Below, piece by piece: positions 36,085 to 49,148 of a stretch of 64,000 nt of DNA. The notes below the pieces were generated by a model that searched no databases, was not told the DNA's origin, and saw only the letters and a program-made list of their open reading frames with translations. A program made the translations under genes and the position numbers. Origin of the DNA: Squalus acanthias (Eukaryota); NCBI GenBank assembly GCA_030390025.1, contig CM059433.1:11224001-11288000 (forward strand), read 5' to 3'. The first letter of the stretch is position 1, and every line of letters starts with the position of its first letter.

Positions 36085-36445
36085 TAATTTAATTGAGGTG
36101 TTTAAGATGATCAAAAGAGTTGATAGAAACTATTTCTCTGGTGGGGGAGTCCAGAATAAGGGGGCATAACCTTAAAATTAGAGCCAGGCCGTTCAGGGGT
36201 GATGTCAGGAAACACTTCTTCACATAAAGGGGAGTGGAAATCTGGAACTTTCCCCCAAAAAGTTGTTGAGGCTGGGGGTCAATTGAAAATGTTATAACCG
36301 AGATTGATAGATTTTTGTTAGGCAAGGGTATTAAGGGTTACGGAGCCAAGGAGGATAGATGAAGTTAAGATACAGATCAGCCATGATCATTGAATGGCAG
36401 AACAGGCTCGAGGGACTGTATGGCTGACTCCTGTTCCTATGTTCC
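36085..36445 (+). mobile_element. CR1 LINE 3' fragment
   Basis: LIEVFKMIK...RIRGHNLKIRARPFRG and a CR1 3'UTR. Confidence 0.85.
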
Positions 36446-36804
36446 CTATCCAACGCCGGCTGGCTGGTCCTGCCTATCTTCTGTCATTTGAAAAGGGTGG
36501 GGGTTGCTGGATGGCCTTGACATGATATCGTCCTGAGAGACAGCAGCCTCATCAGTGTCTATACCACCATGTGCCCCTGCTTCTGCGCACTCCCTCACCG
36601 TGTCTCATGATCTGCTCTGAAGCTGAACTCCGGGCAGCAGAGAGGATTGCGAATTGTTGAGTAATGGCTCTTTCAATCCAATCTCACAGCACATTGAAGC
36701 CAGACAAGAAAGCCTGATGTACATTTAAGCCTGGAGCCTCCAGATTAACAGTATGAGTATTCCTGAGAAATACTCCCACTGTGTGAAGGAACTCACACAG
36801 TTAA

Positions 36805-37845
36805 GAAACAAAGACTTGCATTTATATAGCACCTTTCATGACCACCGGGCGTCCCAAAGTACTTTTTGAAGTGGAGTCACTGTTGTACTGTAGGAAACGC
36901 GGCAGCCAATTTGCGCACAGCAAGCTCCCACAAACAGCAATGTGATAATGACCAGATAATCTGTTTCAGTGATGTTGATTGAGGAATAAATATTGGCCAG
37001 GACACCAGGGAGAACTCCCCTGCTCTTCTTCGAAATAGTGCCACAGGATCTTTTACATCCACCTGGGGGGGCAGACGGGGCCTCGGTTTAACATCTCATC
37101 CGAAAGACGGCACCTCCAACAGTGCTGCGCTCCCTCAGTACTGCACTGGAGTGTCGGCCTAGATTTTTGTGCTCAAGTCCCTGGAGTGGGACTTGAACTC
37201 ACAACCTTCTGACTCAGAGGTGAGAGTGCTACCCATTGAGCCACCGTGGACACAGTTGCCACGTTTTACCTGGTAGATTGCAGTTACCTCCCAGCTAGCA
37301 GGTTCCTGCTCCTCAATTGCCGCTACCACGTGCTCGCTCTCACTCTTGTTGTATGATGTATCTGCTGCTCCCTCCTCACATGTTCTGTCTAATTTTCCTA
37401 TGGTGACGTATGCAACGGGTGGACTGAGTGATGCAGGGCACTGTGAGGTGCTAGCTTCTTCCATTTCACTAGACAAAAAAAGAAAGAAATTGCATTTATA
37501 TAGTGCCTTTCACAACCTCAGGATGTCCCAAAGTGCTTTACAGCCGATGAAGTACTTTTTGAATTGTAGTCACTGTTGTAATGTCGGAAACACGGCAGCC
37601 AATTTGCCTTCAGCAATATCCCACAAATAGCAATGATAATGACCAGATAATCTGGGTTTTATTTAGTGAATGTTCATTGAGGGAGAAATATTGGCCAGAA
37701 CTGCCCTGCTCTTCTTCAAAATAGTGCCATAGGATTTTTACATCCACCTGAGAGGGCAGACGGGGTCTCGGTTTAACATATCATCCGAAAGACGGCACCT
37801 CCGACAGTGCAGAATTCCTTCATTACTTCATTGATGTGTCAGCCT
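36805..37845 (-). mobile_element. Two SacSINE1-like SINEs (36805-37252; 37475-37845)
   Basis: Colinear with the other copies. Confidence 0.85.
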
Positions 37846-38191
37846 TGATTAGGTAGTAGCTGCTTCAGTGTAGCAATTTGGCTTGTTACATCTACTGACT
37901 TGCACATTGATATTTCCCTATTTGTTATGGGAAGCGTTTCCAATCAATGCCTCTCCCAGATCACCCATGAACACTGTGTCTACAACTCCACACCAGTCAT
38001 GTAATGATTGGTGAAGTTACCTCAATCCTTGAGCTGGCCATCTGAGCACTGACAAAATTCACTGCCATTTTGGACTCTCAGATATACCGAGACAGCCTTG
38101 GGAGTTGTAGTTTCATTCTGGTTGTAAATATTAGCAATGACTGCGATACGGTATCATATTTTCTGGTGCAGAGTGTTTTTTTTTAAATGAG

Positions 38192-38655
38192 GGCTCAGTG
38201 GGTAGCACACTCGCCTCTGCGTCAGAAGGTTGTGGGTTCAAGTCCCACTCCAGGAACTTGAGCACATAAAATCTAGGCTGACACTCCAGTGCAGTGCTGA
38301 GGGAGTGCTGCACTGTCAGAGGTGCCGTCTTTCGGATGAGACTTTAAACCGCGGCCCCGTCTGCTCTCTCAGGTGGACGTAAAAGATCCCATGGCACTAT
38401 TTCGAAGAAGAGCAGGGGAGTTCTCCCCGGTGTCCTGGGCCAATATTTATCCCTCAACCAACATAACTACAAAAACAGATTATCTGGTCATTATCACATT
38501 GCTGTTTGTGGGAGCTTGCTGTGCGCCAATTGGCTGCCACATTTCCCACATTACAACAGTGACTACACTTCAAAAGTACTTCATTGGCTGTAAAGCGCTT
38601 TGAGACGTCCGGTGGTCGTGAAAGGCGCTAGAGAAATGCAAGTCTTTATTTTTTC
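38192..38655 (+). mobile_element. Near full-length SacSINE1-like SINE
   Basis: GGCTCAGTGGGTAGCAC head, core, and GAAAGGCGCTA...GCAAGTCTTT tail. Confidence 0.9.
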
Positions 38656-41600
38656 TTTATATACCTTGGCATAATTCAAGGCTGTGTTACAAGTTGATGT
38701 TGTTTGACAATCCAGCATGTGATTTAACCCCTTGGGCCAAAGAGGGATATTAATACTTTAACAGAAAGAGGAGGAATCTGGTCTTTAACTGCTGCACTAT
38801 ACTCGTGATCAGCAACAATAAACACAACAGTTGGAGACAAAAATCATTCCTTTCTTTCCTGAGGACAATTATTGATTTCCACCTGTTACATGGAAAGAAA
38901 CTTTCTTTCTGCAGCAGAGAGCTACATAACCTTAATTTAGTCAAACCTTTCTGCCGATGTTAAAACCACGAGATCACAGTTTGAATGATTTCTGAACAGC
39001 AGGAGAATCCTGAGAACGGGAGAAATTTTCCGGGACCCGCATCACTGGCGATTTTCTGACAAGCCACCCCTGTGTGCCAAGCCCTGATAGGGCTGCAGGC
39101 TATTGGAAAACTTACTCCACTGTTTTATACCCACGAACAGAAAATTGCAATATAGACCTTGCCTATTTTAAAAGAAAAGTTGTGGGCCTAGAAATTCGAT
39201 TCAGCCCGAAAACGCGTGGTGCCACCGTGGGCCAAGGTTAACGGCCGTCCGTAAAAAGAGCGCAGGTCGCGCCGATATTTCGGTGCTGCCCGCTGAGTTA
39301 AAAGAGCGCAGCACAAAATCTCCTGTGCATCGCACTCTTTCAGGCCGTAATATCAGCAGGAGGCTGAAGGTCGCGTCTAAAGGATCGGTGCAACATTCTC
39401 AGGCAGGCACTTAGTAACAGTGCTGTTTGGGATAATTTGGTGTCGGTTCCTGGGTCAGGAGTTAGAGTCTGCTGATGGCCCCTTGTAGGGTTGGAGCATT
39501 GTCCGTTGTGGCGCATTAGGAAGCGTTTGCCTGTCCACGGCTCCCCTCTTACTTTCTCAGGCATTTGTCTGGGTCTTGTACTGGGTTCCACAAATGGGTA
39601 CCATACTGCCTGGTACTCCCACCTTCGCTGGCTGCCATAGGTCCACAGATATTTCACCCAGATGTTTGCTGTCTGGAGGTTTTGTGCTCCACCATGGTGC
39701 TGGAGGGGGAGGGGGGAGGGGATGCTCCACCTTGCAGCGAGCAGTGACAGGGCACTAGCCTGCATATCACACAGGGGATTCACTCCTTGGTGAGTGGCTC
39801 TTAAAGCACAGGCTCAGATCTGGAGGGACTGTGACTGGAAACACCACATCAAGACTGTGGCACAGATGTCGTTAAACCGTTGCATGAGAAATCAATGGAA
39901 ATAAATTTTTAGAAAAGGGAAACATGAACCTCATGGTCTCGAGTTTACTGGTGTAAATCGTGCAGAAGAGAGTTCAATTACATTTTTTAACAACAAGACT
40001 TTTGAAGAACTCTTGGTGAGAATAGTGTTAAATCTTCCTTAATTCTTGGCCTTTTAAAAACAGATTTCAAAACTTTGCATATTATTTTATCAGCTCCTAA
40101 ACTAGAAAACCCAATGTATAAAATTTAAGGAAATGCAGCTTTGATTTTTTTCCTGAGATTATTACAACTGTAATACAGTGTAGTTTATTTCAAAAGTATT
40201 TACCACTTGTAATGTTTGACTGACCAGGGGGGAGATTTGATGCATCTCATTGGAAGCAGTTTTCATTCCAATTACATAGTCTGAGCTCTCCATAGTTACC
40301 AGTTATCTCGGCAGCTTTTTACTGTACGGTTTATAGCTCACCACCGCTTTCTCCACGTGCTGTCAACGGCCGCACGCACGGGTGTGCTTTGGAGAGGGCG
40401 CTCAGAGGAGCGGCGACGTCCAAAATCGCTGAGCGTGCATCAATTCGCCGTTGCACGCCGACTGACGTCACGCTCCTGGTAATTAAAATACTCGCGGCGA
40501 GTGCAGGCAACAGCAACGCTGTCGACCAGTCCAATATGGCGGCTGCCGCGTTCCGTGCTGGAAGTGGGAGGAATCGAGGCGACCTCCATTTTTTCTTCAA
40601 AACTGGCCTTAACGGCTGGCGCTAAACGTTTGAATTTCTAAGCCATGGTTTTTTTTAGTCATTATGCAACGGCTGTGCTAACTAGAGCCAGCATTTTTTT
40701 AAAATACTCATTTTCGGGCTATGGTCGTCGCTGGCAAGGTCGACATTTATTGCTAATTGCCCTTGAGAAGGTGGTGGTGAGCTGCCTTCTTCTTGAACCA
40801 CTGCAGTTCGTGTGGGGAAGGTACTCCCACTGTGCGGTTAGGGAGGGAGTTCCAAGATTTTGACCCAGCGACGATGAAGAAACGGCTATACATAATATAT
40901 AATACATAGCGTAGGAGAAAGAGTAACAAAGAAAATAGTAACAAAGCATCCAAAGGTATGTGGCATTCGTGACCAGTGCTATTGTATTAAAAGTTTTTTT
41001 GGCAGTCTATTAACGGATAATAATAGATTCAGGTTATGTCTATCTATATAAATAAATGTCTTGGATCTAGCGTATGCCCATAATGCATGGGAGAATGAAT
41101 GTCACACTTCAAAGTGTCATTTGGAAAGTGACACACATTTATCACATTTACTGCTAGATTCCCACAACCACTATCTATTGCTCTAATCATACTGATATGC
41201 TCAAACATAGACAGGCGGTGAACCCTACTAATCACAAAGCAGTCGACAGATAGGGAAAAACATCACAAACAACCAACCCACACAAAAGAAGCCAATCAAA
41301 TGACGATCATGTCAAAGCCCGCAATTAAGGAAGCAGCAACTGTAACAAGATGAGATCTATTTTTTTTAATATTTGGTCTCGGGATGAAAGCAACACTGGC
41401 AAGGCAACATTTATTGCCCATCGTTAGTTGCCCCGAGGGCGTTGGGAGTCAACTATATGGCGTGAATTTGCATGTTGACCAGTCAAGGGAATGTCGGCGG
41501 GTTTCCTTCTCTGAAGGACCTGAGTGAGCCAGTTGAGTTTTTACAACAATCTGCCAGTTTTTATGCTCATTGTTCTGGTGCCAACCCACTAATGACCAGA

Positions 41601-42335
41601 TTTATTAAATTCAGTTTCATAAGTTGCCATGGTGGAATTTAACCTCATAACCTTTGGGTTGCTAGTCCAGTACCATAATCGCTACACTACATCACTTGAA
41701 CAAATCTTTCTATTTTTTGGGCCACCAGTTTATTTCCTAAGCTGGCCACCTGTACACAGCTAGCAAATACTATTTCTAACATAAGAAATGCACAAAAACC
41801 TAAATCATTTGCAAAATTACTGAAAGTTATCCCTAAAATAGCCCAAGTCATGTTGGAACTCTGGCCAATATATTTTGCCTTGCACACTCATCCTTTTACT
41901 GCTCAAGAATGAGAATAAGATTTGGAAACAAGTGGACAGACAGACAGCACAATAAGGAAAGGGTGTGTGAGCCTTGTATTCAGAGAGGGAAAGAGTAGAA
42001 AACAAACAGAAAAACACCGGAACACCACATAAAGAGTAGGGAAGGGCTCACAATTACAGGAAGAGAAGAATGATTTTGTTTTCATTTATTTTCTGTGAGC
42101 AAAAGCAGAGGAGATCAACTGCAGTATATAATGCCCCTAATGTAATACAGTTGGCATTATGAAATAGTGTATGCTCTGACTCACTATGAGCAATGCCATA
42201 GGAGATCTACTAGTTATAGATAAATGTTGCATACAGTCTGAAAGTATCTGAAAGGTAGACTTCTTTGTCTCCAAAATTGAAACAACCACTCAGATGCCTC
42301 AGCCTCTTAATGTCCCATTTTCTCCTCCACTCCCC

Positions 42336-43071
42336 AGTCGCTGGGTCAAAATCCTGGAACTCCCTCCCTAACAGCACTGTGGGAGTACCTTCACCACACG
42401 GACTGCAACGGTTCAAGAAGGCGGCTCACCACCACCTTCTCAAGGGCAACTAGGGATGGGCAATAAATGCTGGCCTTGCCAGCGACGCCCACATCCCATA
42501 AACAAATAAAAAAAGTCCTTCTCTTACCCCAGAATGCCCTCTTATTTCCTTCAACCTTCATCCAATTTATCTCCTATATGGGTCTCAACATCAATGTTGA
42601 AAGAAAGAAAGACTTGCATTTCTATAGCGCCTTTCACGACCACTGGACATCCCAAAGCACTTTACAGACAACGAAGTACTTTTTGAAGTGTAGTCACTGT
42701 TGTAATGTAGGAAACGCGGCAGCCAATTTGCGCACAGCAAGCTCCCACAAACAGCAATGTGATAATGACCAGATAATCCGTTTTACTGATGTTGATTGAG
42801 GGATAAATATTGGCCAGGACACCAGGGATAACTCCCCTGCTCTTCTTCGAAATAGTGCCATGGAATCTTTGACATCCACCTGAGAGAGCAGGTGGGGCCT
42901 CAGTTTAGCATCTCATCTGAAAGACGGCACCTCCGACAGTGCAGCACTCCTTCAGCACTGCACTGGAGTGTCAGCCTGGATTTTTGTGCTCAAGTCTCTG
43001 GAGTGGGACTCTGAACCCACAACCTTCTGACTCAGAGGCGAGGGTGCTACCCACTGAGCCACAGCTGACAC
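42336..43071. mobile_element. LINE 3' fragment (+; 42336-42515) and full SacSINE1-like SINE (-; 42600-43071)
   Basis: Similar to the respective families elsewhere in the window. Confidence 0.88.
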
Positions 43072-43542
43072 TGTAATGTTCCCTGTAATTTTGTTTGGCA
43101 CTGCAATGCTCACAAATATAATTAATCGTTTCCTCTCCAAAGGCACAGTTTGCTTTACTTTCGAATCTGCCATCATCACACCCTTCTCAAAATGCACCCA
43201 CTGGGAATTTCTTCTAGGGTATTCCCAATCGGCAGCTCTAACTTCGGTGAAAAACCTGGTTACACATCTGTTAAGGAGATTTCTGGTGATTATTGTAACT
43301 AAATCTGTGTTCATTTGTCCCGCTACTCTCTATTTAAGTCTCTTCAGTCTGGCTTCCATTCCACCACAGCACTGAGATTGCCATGGTCAAAGTAACCAGT
43401 GACATCTTCTGTGGATTGCAACTGTGGTGTCTTATCTCTCCTTGTTCTTCTCAACTTATCTGTTGCTGACTACTGCATCCTTCCCTTTGCCACAGCACCA
43501 TCATTTCAGTTTCCATTCCTGTCTGTCCCGATGTAGCCAGCA

Positions 43543-44078
43543 TAATGAGAGGCGATCTTATTGAAACATATAAGATTGTGAAGGGGTTGGATCGGGTGGA
43601 TGCGGGGAGGATGTTCCCGATGATGGGTGAAACTAGAACTACGGGGCATAGTCTTAGAATAAGGGGCTGCTCTTTCAAAACTGAGATGAGAAGGAACTAC
43701 TTCACTCAGAGGGTGGTAGGTCCATGGAATATGCTGCCCCAAAAAGCTGTAGAAGCTTCATCATTACATAAATTTAAAACAGAAATAGACAGTTTCCTAG
43801 AAGTAAAGGGAATTAAGGGTTACGGGGAGCGGGCAGGAATTTGGACATGAGTCTAGGTTCGGATCGGTCATGGCCCTGTGGGTAGCGTAGCGGGCCCAGG
43901 GGCCGTGTAGCCTGATCCTGCTCCTATTTCGTGTGTCCAATTCTGTTAGGTTCAGGAGATGGTTCTGTGATAGTAGATTGGCGGTTAGGATCAGATCAGC
44001 CATGATCTTATTGAATGGCGGAGCAGGCTCGAGGGGCCAATTGGCCTACTCCTGCTCCTATTTCTTCTGTTTCTTATG
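43543..44078 (+). mobile_element. CR1 LINE 3' end, same subfamily as 54483-56058
   Basis: ORF 43545-43850 is nearly identical to the C-terminus of ORF 54722-56008, with the same extended 3'UTR. Confidence 0.9.
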
Positions 44079-44199
44079 AAACCTGCAATGATTTCTCCAA
44101 ATGTGCCCACATAGGCACCTCCAGCATGGCCCAAGTTTTCACCCTTAGTCCCCCTCCCATTCCTCATATTATGCTTCCCAGAAACAACATCTATAAGCA

Positions 44200-44335
44200 T
44201 GGTTCTGATGAAAGGTCATCGACCTGAAACATTAACTCTCTTTCTCTCTCCACGGATGCTGCCTGGCCTGCTGAGTTTTTCCAGCGTTTTCTGTTGTTAT
44301 TTCGGATTTCCAGCATCCGCAGTATTTTGCTATCG
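44200..44335 (+). mobile_element. Penelope-like terminal fragment with hammerhead-like core
   Basis: GGTT CTGATGA A AGGTC ATC GACCT GAAAC ATT AACT. Confidence 0.8.
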
Positions 44336-44339
44336 TTCT

Positions 44340-45200
44340 AGAAGCATGGTGTCAGCTTCAATACGTATGCTGATAACAGCCAGCTTTAACACTGCTACTA
44401 CTCTTGACTCCACACTCTTTGTACACTGTCTAACCACCTGTCTGATGAATAGCCCAACACTTCTTCCAACTAAACATTGCAAGACTGAAGCCCTGCTGTT
44501 CGGGTCTCACCAGAAACTCCGCACTGTGCCTTCTGATTCCAAACCCCCTCTCCAGATGCTTGCTGAAGCTTATCCCAACAGTGTGCAACTTCGATATCCT
44601 GTTTGACCCTACACTCAGGTTCACACACCACATCCAGCCCATTACCAAGTCTGTCTACTCGTTACTCCACAATATAGCTACCTTCATCTCTACACCTCGT
44701 ACCCACCAGAGCTGAATCTATACCTTCAGCATCTCCAGGCTCAGTTTCTCTAACGATTTCCCCATTGACTTTTCAAACTTGCACCCAAAATAAATTCCAA
44801 CTCATCCCGGACTTCTCTACTTACATCCTATCCCATTCTAAGTCCTGCTCACCTACCAACCCCATCCTTACTTGAGGCAGAGAGGATGTTTCCCCTTGTG
44901 GGGAAATCTAGAACTCGGGGACATAGTTTCAGAATAAAGGGTCGCCCTTTTAGAACTGAGAGGAGGAGGAATTTCTTCTCTCAGAGGGTCATAAATCTGT
45001 GGAATTCTCTGCCGTGGAGGCTGGGTCATGAAATACATTTAACGTGGAGATAGACAGATTTTTGCAAGATAAGGGAGTGAAGGGTTATGGGGAGCGGGCG
45101 GGGAAGTGGCTTTGAGCCCAAGATCAGCCATGATCTTATTGAATGGCGGAGCAGGCTCGAGGGGCCAAGTGGCCTATTCCTGCTCCTATTTCTTATGTCC
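44340..45200 (+). mobile_element. Old L2 fragment (about 44340-44870) with an inserted CR1 3' end (44872-45196)
   Basis: YAD- and KTEALLFG-like L2 motifs. The CR1 tail is flanked by TSD TCCTTAC. Confidence 0.75.
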
Positions 45201-46278
45201 TTACCTCCCACTGACTCAAAATCCTCGTCCTTTTCCACAAATCCCTCTTACCCCCACGGCCTCACTCCACCTACCTCTGAAACCTCTCAACTATTGTGCA
45301 TTTTCCTTTCCGCCCTGCCACTTGTCGTAAGCTTCAAACCCTCACAGCCCCCTGTTCCAGTTTACTTCATGGACGAGCAGTTTGAAAGCGCCGATGCATT
45401 GCTTAGCCGTACATTATAGTTTTCTTCAAAATCTGACGATTTGGTTGTTTAAATAAATCATTTCAGGAAGGCGGAATTCACCAAGAAATTAAATTAAATG
45501 TATTTTTCCGATGGAAACTACACCGCAAAATATGCAGCATTTAAAAAAAGAATTTGTAGCTTAAGCTTTACTTCTCATTTCAAACACAAATAAAGCAAAT
45601 ACTTTGCCTCTAATGCATCTAAATCCAAAGCCCCAATTTTAGTCGAACCCGTTTGGTGGGAACGGGATGGTTAGGATCGGATGCCCGGTCATATAATATA
45701 ATACAGAATCATCTGTTCAGTTTAGAATTGGAGCTCTTTGTGAATTGTCCTGTTGTGACATTATTTTCTTAGTAACAAGGTATGACTTTTAAAATCACTC
45801 CTTTAATTGATAAAATGATCAGGTACACTCTTGTATTGTATTGATTACGAGCGGTAGTGAGCCCAAACAGCGGGGGCCTCCTTCAAACACATCATATTTT
45901 TTTTCTCTTTCCCTCGAGGATTAAAGCTGAACTCTGCTCTTTACAAAGAAGTGCTCATATCTGGTCAGTAAACAGGTATTGTTTTTGTTCTACTTATCTA
46001 TAAAGATCTGGAAAACTTGAAGATTTTTACTAAATTGCTTTTTAAGTGTTTACTGACTGGAGCTGTCAGATTATGATCAGGGCCCCAGAGTCAGGAGGGT
46101 AAATGGAATTTTGACCATTGGAGAACTCTGCACGAATGGCATAATTGTTATACTGTGCCAGACAGCCTTTAAAAAAAAAAAGGATTACAGAAGGTCTACC
46201 CAGGAGGAAGGAATGTCTAGGGCAATATAGATAAGTCCCTGATGGTATATATATTTTTTAATTACTCGATATATGTAT

Positions 46279-46782
46279 TTTTTTTTATGGGATGTGGGCG
46301 TCGCTGGCAAGGCCAGCATTTATTGCCCATCCACAATTGCCCTCGAGAAGGTGATGGTGCGCCGCCTTCTTGAACCGCTGCAGTCCGTGTGGTGAACGTA
46401 CTCCCACAGTGCTGTTAGGGAGGGAGTTCCAGGATTTTGACCCAGCGATGATGAAGGATCGGCGATATCAGGATGATGTGTGACTTGGAGGGGAACTTGG
46501 AGGTGGTGGTGTTCCCATGGGCCTGCTGCCCTTGTCCTTCTAGGTGGATGTGGTCGCGGGTTTGAGAGGTGCTGCCGAAGAAGCCTTGGCGAGTTGCTGC
46601 AGTGCATCTTGTAGATGGTACACACTGCAACCACAGTACACCGGTGGTGGAGGGAGTGAATGTATGTTTAAGGTGGTGGATGGGGTGCCAATCAAGCGGG
46701 CTGCTTTGTCCTGAATGGTGTCGAGCTGCTTGAGTGTTGTTGGAGCTGCACTCATCCAGGCAAGTGGCGAGTATTCCATCAC
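46279..46782 (-). mobile_element. Second CR1-group LINE family, 3' fragment
   Basis: MEYSPLAWMSAAPTTLKQLDTIQDKAARLIG. Confidence 0.88.
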
Positions 46783-47065
46783 ACACTTTACAAATATTCC
46801 ATTATCCTGCTCATCATTTCTTGTGCATGATCACCTTTAATTCAGAGTATCTTGATTCCTGTGACAGTGGATGTCAGTCACCTTGTTACACAACCGGCAC
46901 CTTTCCGCACAAAGCCAATGGGCTAGAAAACCTCAGGCTGAGCACAGTCGAGGCAAGACGCAATGGGGGTGAAATCGGTCTAGGACCGTTCCGTAAAACG
47001 GGTGCTAGCGAATCGGCAACCCATTTTACACTCTGCCCCATTTTCTTTTCCTTTGAAGCCAGTGG

Positions 47066-47342
47066 TTAAAGGAGGAGAGAGAGGTAGCGAGGCTGGAGAG
47101 GTTTAGGCAGGGAATTCCAGAGCTTAGGGCCCAGGCAACAGAAGGCACAGCCACCAAAAGTTGAGCGATTATAATCAGGGATCCTCAAGAGGGCAGAATT
47201 AGAGGAGCGCAGATATCTCGAGGGGGTTGTGGGGCTGAAGGAGATTACAGAGATAGGGAGGGGCAAGGCCTTGGAGGGATTTGAAAACAAGGATGAGAAT
47301 TTTGAAATCGAGGTGCTGCTTAACCGGGAGCCAATGTAGGTC
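47066..47342 (-). mobile_element. L2 LINE 3' region fragment
   Basis: RYLRSSNSALLRIPDYNRSTFGGCAFCCLGPKLWNSLP; matches 57900-58210. Confidence 0.85.
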
Positions 47343-47465
47343 TGTTGGTTAATTTTTGTTGGAACAATTCAGCCTTGCAAAAATGATCCCCTTTGCATGA
47401 ATACATACTTTGGCACTTAATTATTCCACATCAGTCCTTCTAAGAAGTTAAAAGGTATTGAATAA

Positions 47466-48220
47466 ATGGGATATTCCGATCCCTACGGGTGGGTACGCCC
47501 TGTGTACTCACCCGTATGGATATCTGCATGCCTGAAACCGGCATTTCCCAGTGCATGCGCTGAAAACCGACATTTCCGATCTGTCAAGAATCCTCTTGAC
47601 AGATCCTCCAGCTGCCCTGGAGAAGGGCCTCTGCGGGCGGAGAGTTCCGCTTTCTGGAGACCCTCCGCCCGCAGAAACCCTTACAATTCTTGCGCCTGGT
47701 AAAAGCAGGCATAAGGACTGCTTTTACCAGGATAAGAGTTGAAAAAAGTTAAAAAAAAAAAATTTTCACTGATTTATCATTTAAAAATACTTTTAAAAAA
47801 GGTAAGTTTATTTTTAGCCCCGTAAAAAACTTTAAATTATTATTTTCAAAAATGTAAATTTTGGTTTAAAAAGTTAATTTATTGTAATTTCAAGTCATTT
47901 TAAAAATGTGATTTTAAAAAAAAATTTATTTAAAGTTTTACTATGTTTTGGGGTGATCTCCATTCATATATTTGACAGGTCTTCCTGTCAAGTGTATGAA
48001 GGGAGATTCCCTTCTGTGATTGGCTCTCCATGGCCCACGTGATCCCAGGGACGCTGTGATCTACCTGCGACTCTGGGATACGTGGGCCCTGCGCACTTGG
48101 AGTTTGGAGAGGCCCAGCATCGGAATTGTGCGCGTCCCGGGAGCCCTCAGGTCAGGGCGCAGATTTTTCCAGATCGCAGGCCTCCGCCCGCAGGAGGCCT
48201 GCGATCAGAATATCTGGGCC
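47466..48220. mobile_element. Harbinger-type MITE (family B)
   Basis: GATATTCCGATC and GATCAGAATATC inverted ends; internal similarity to 29006-29769. Confidence 0.8.
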
Positions 48221-49046
48221 ATTAAATGTTCTACTGCTTGTAGAAGGGCCGCCGATTCGCTATCACCCATTTTGTGGTACTTCCCCAGGTAAATTTTATC
48301 CCCAATGGTTGATCTAACCATATGCTCTGCATTGCTTTATACTGTACGTATGCTCACCCTTTGACCTGTGATGTATCTAGGTTAGAATCTGCAGCGCCTT
48401 TAGTGGTTCTGGCCCGGCATATTACTACAGTGACATTGGCATCACAAACGCAACAGAGCATTCAGGAGTCTTACTGTTGCCTGTAAATAAATGAAGTGTC
48501 TGTGTTTGTGCCTGCAAAGAAAGGTTTAACGAGGAGCAAGAGAATGTCTACAGCAACACAGCAATTACTTGCGTATTCAAATGCTCGCTTCTACAGTTCA
48601 TTACGCCGATAGTTCTGCCTATCGTTTCTTCTCCATGCCCTTTATTTTAGATAAAAACAACCTAGTTATTCCAGGACTGTTGCTCTAGTTATTGCCTGGC
48701 AACATGATAATGCACAGCAATGAAACTGACAATGTGCTGCAGGGAATTATCAAGCAACAGTCTGCATTACACTCTCCTTTTTCAACTTCATTCATATTTA
48801 ATGACAATTCACTCTGTTTGCATCATAACAGGAAGTAAGAACAACCTCCAAGGGTCAAAGATAAAGGAATGCTAAGGGTGCCATGAATACATTTTGACGT
48901 TACCCTCATACCACCTTTAACTTTAACCTTTGAACTCACTCCGACTCCCAGATTATGTCATCAATAGAGTAAGTATCCATAACAACATAAACTAGACAAC
49001 TGACACCATAACTATTACCCTGTCCTTGTGAAGTCAATGAGGCTAT

Positions 49047-49148
49047 AATATAACATTCAAGGTTGGTATTTGGTTATGTTACAGTGGATCAAATATTATT
49101 AATTGATCCACTGTGACATAATCAAATATCAACCTTGAATGTTATATT
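49047..49148 (+). repeat. 46-bp inverted repeat (hairpin) with a 10-nt loop
   Basis: Arms 49047-49092 and 49103-49148 give 43 Watson-Crick pairs and 3 G-T pairs on the + strand. Confidence 0.95.

Noticed and set aside
38192..38270. tRNA-like sequences here and in other copies
   Set aside because: They are SINE heads followed by SINE core and tail, not tRNA genes.
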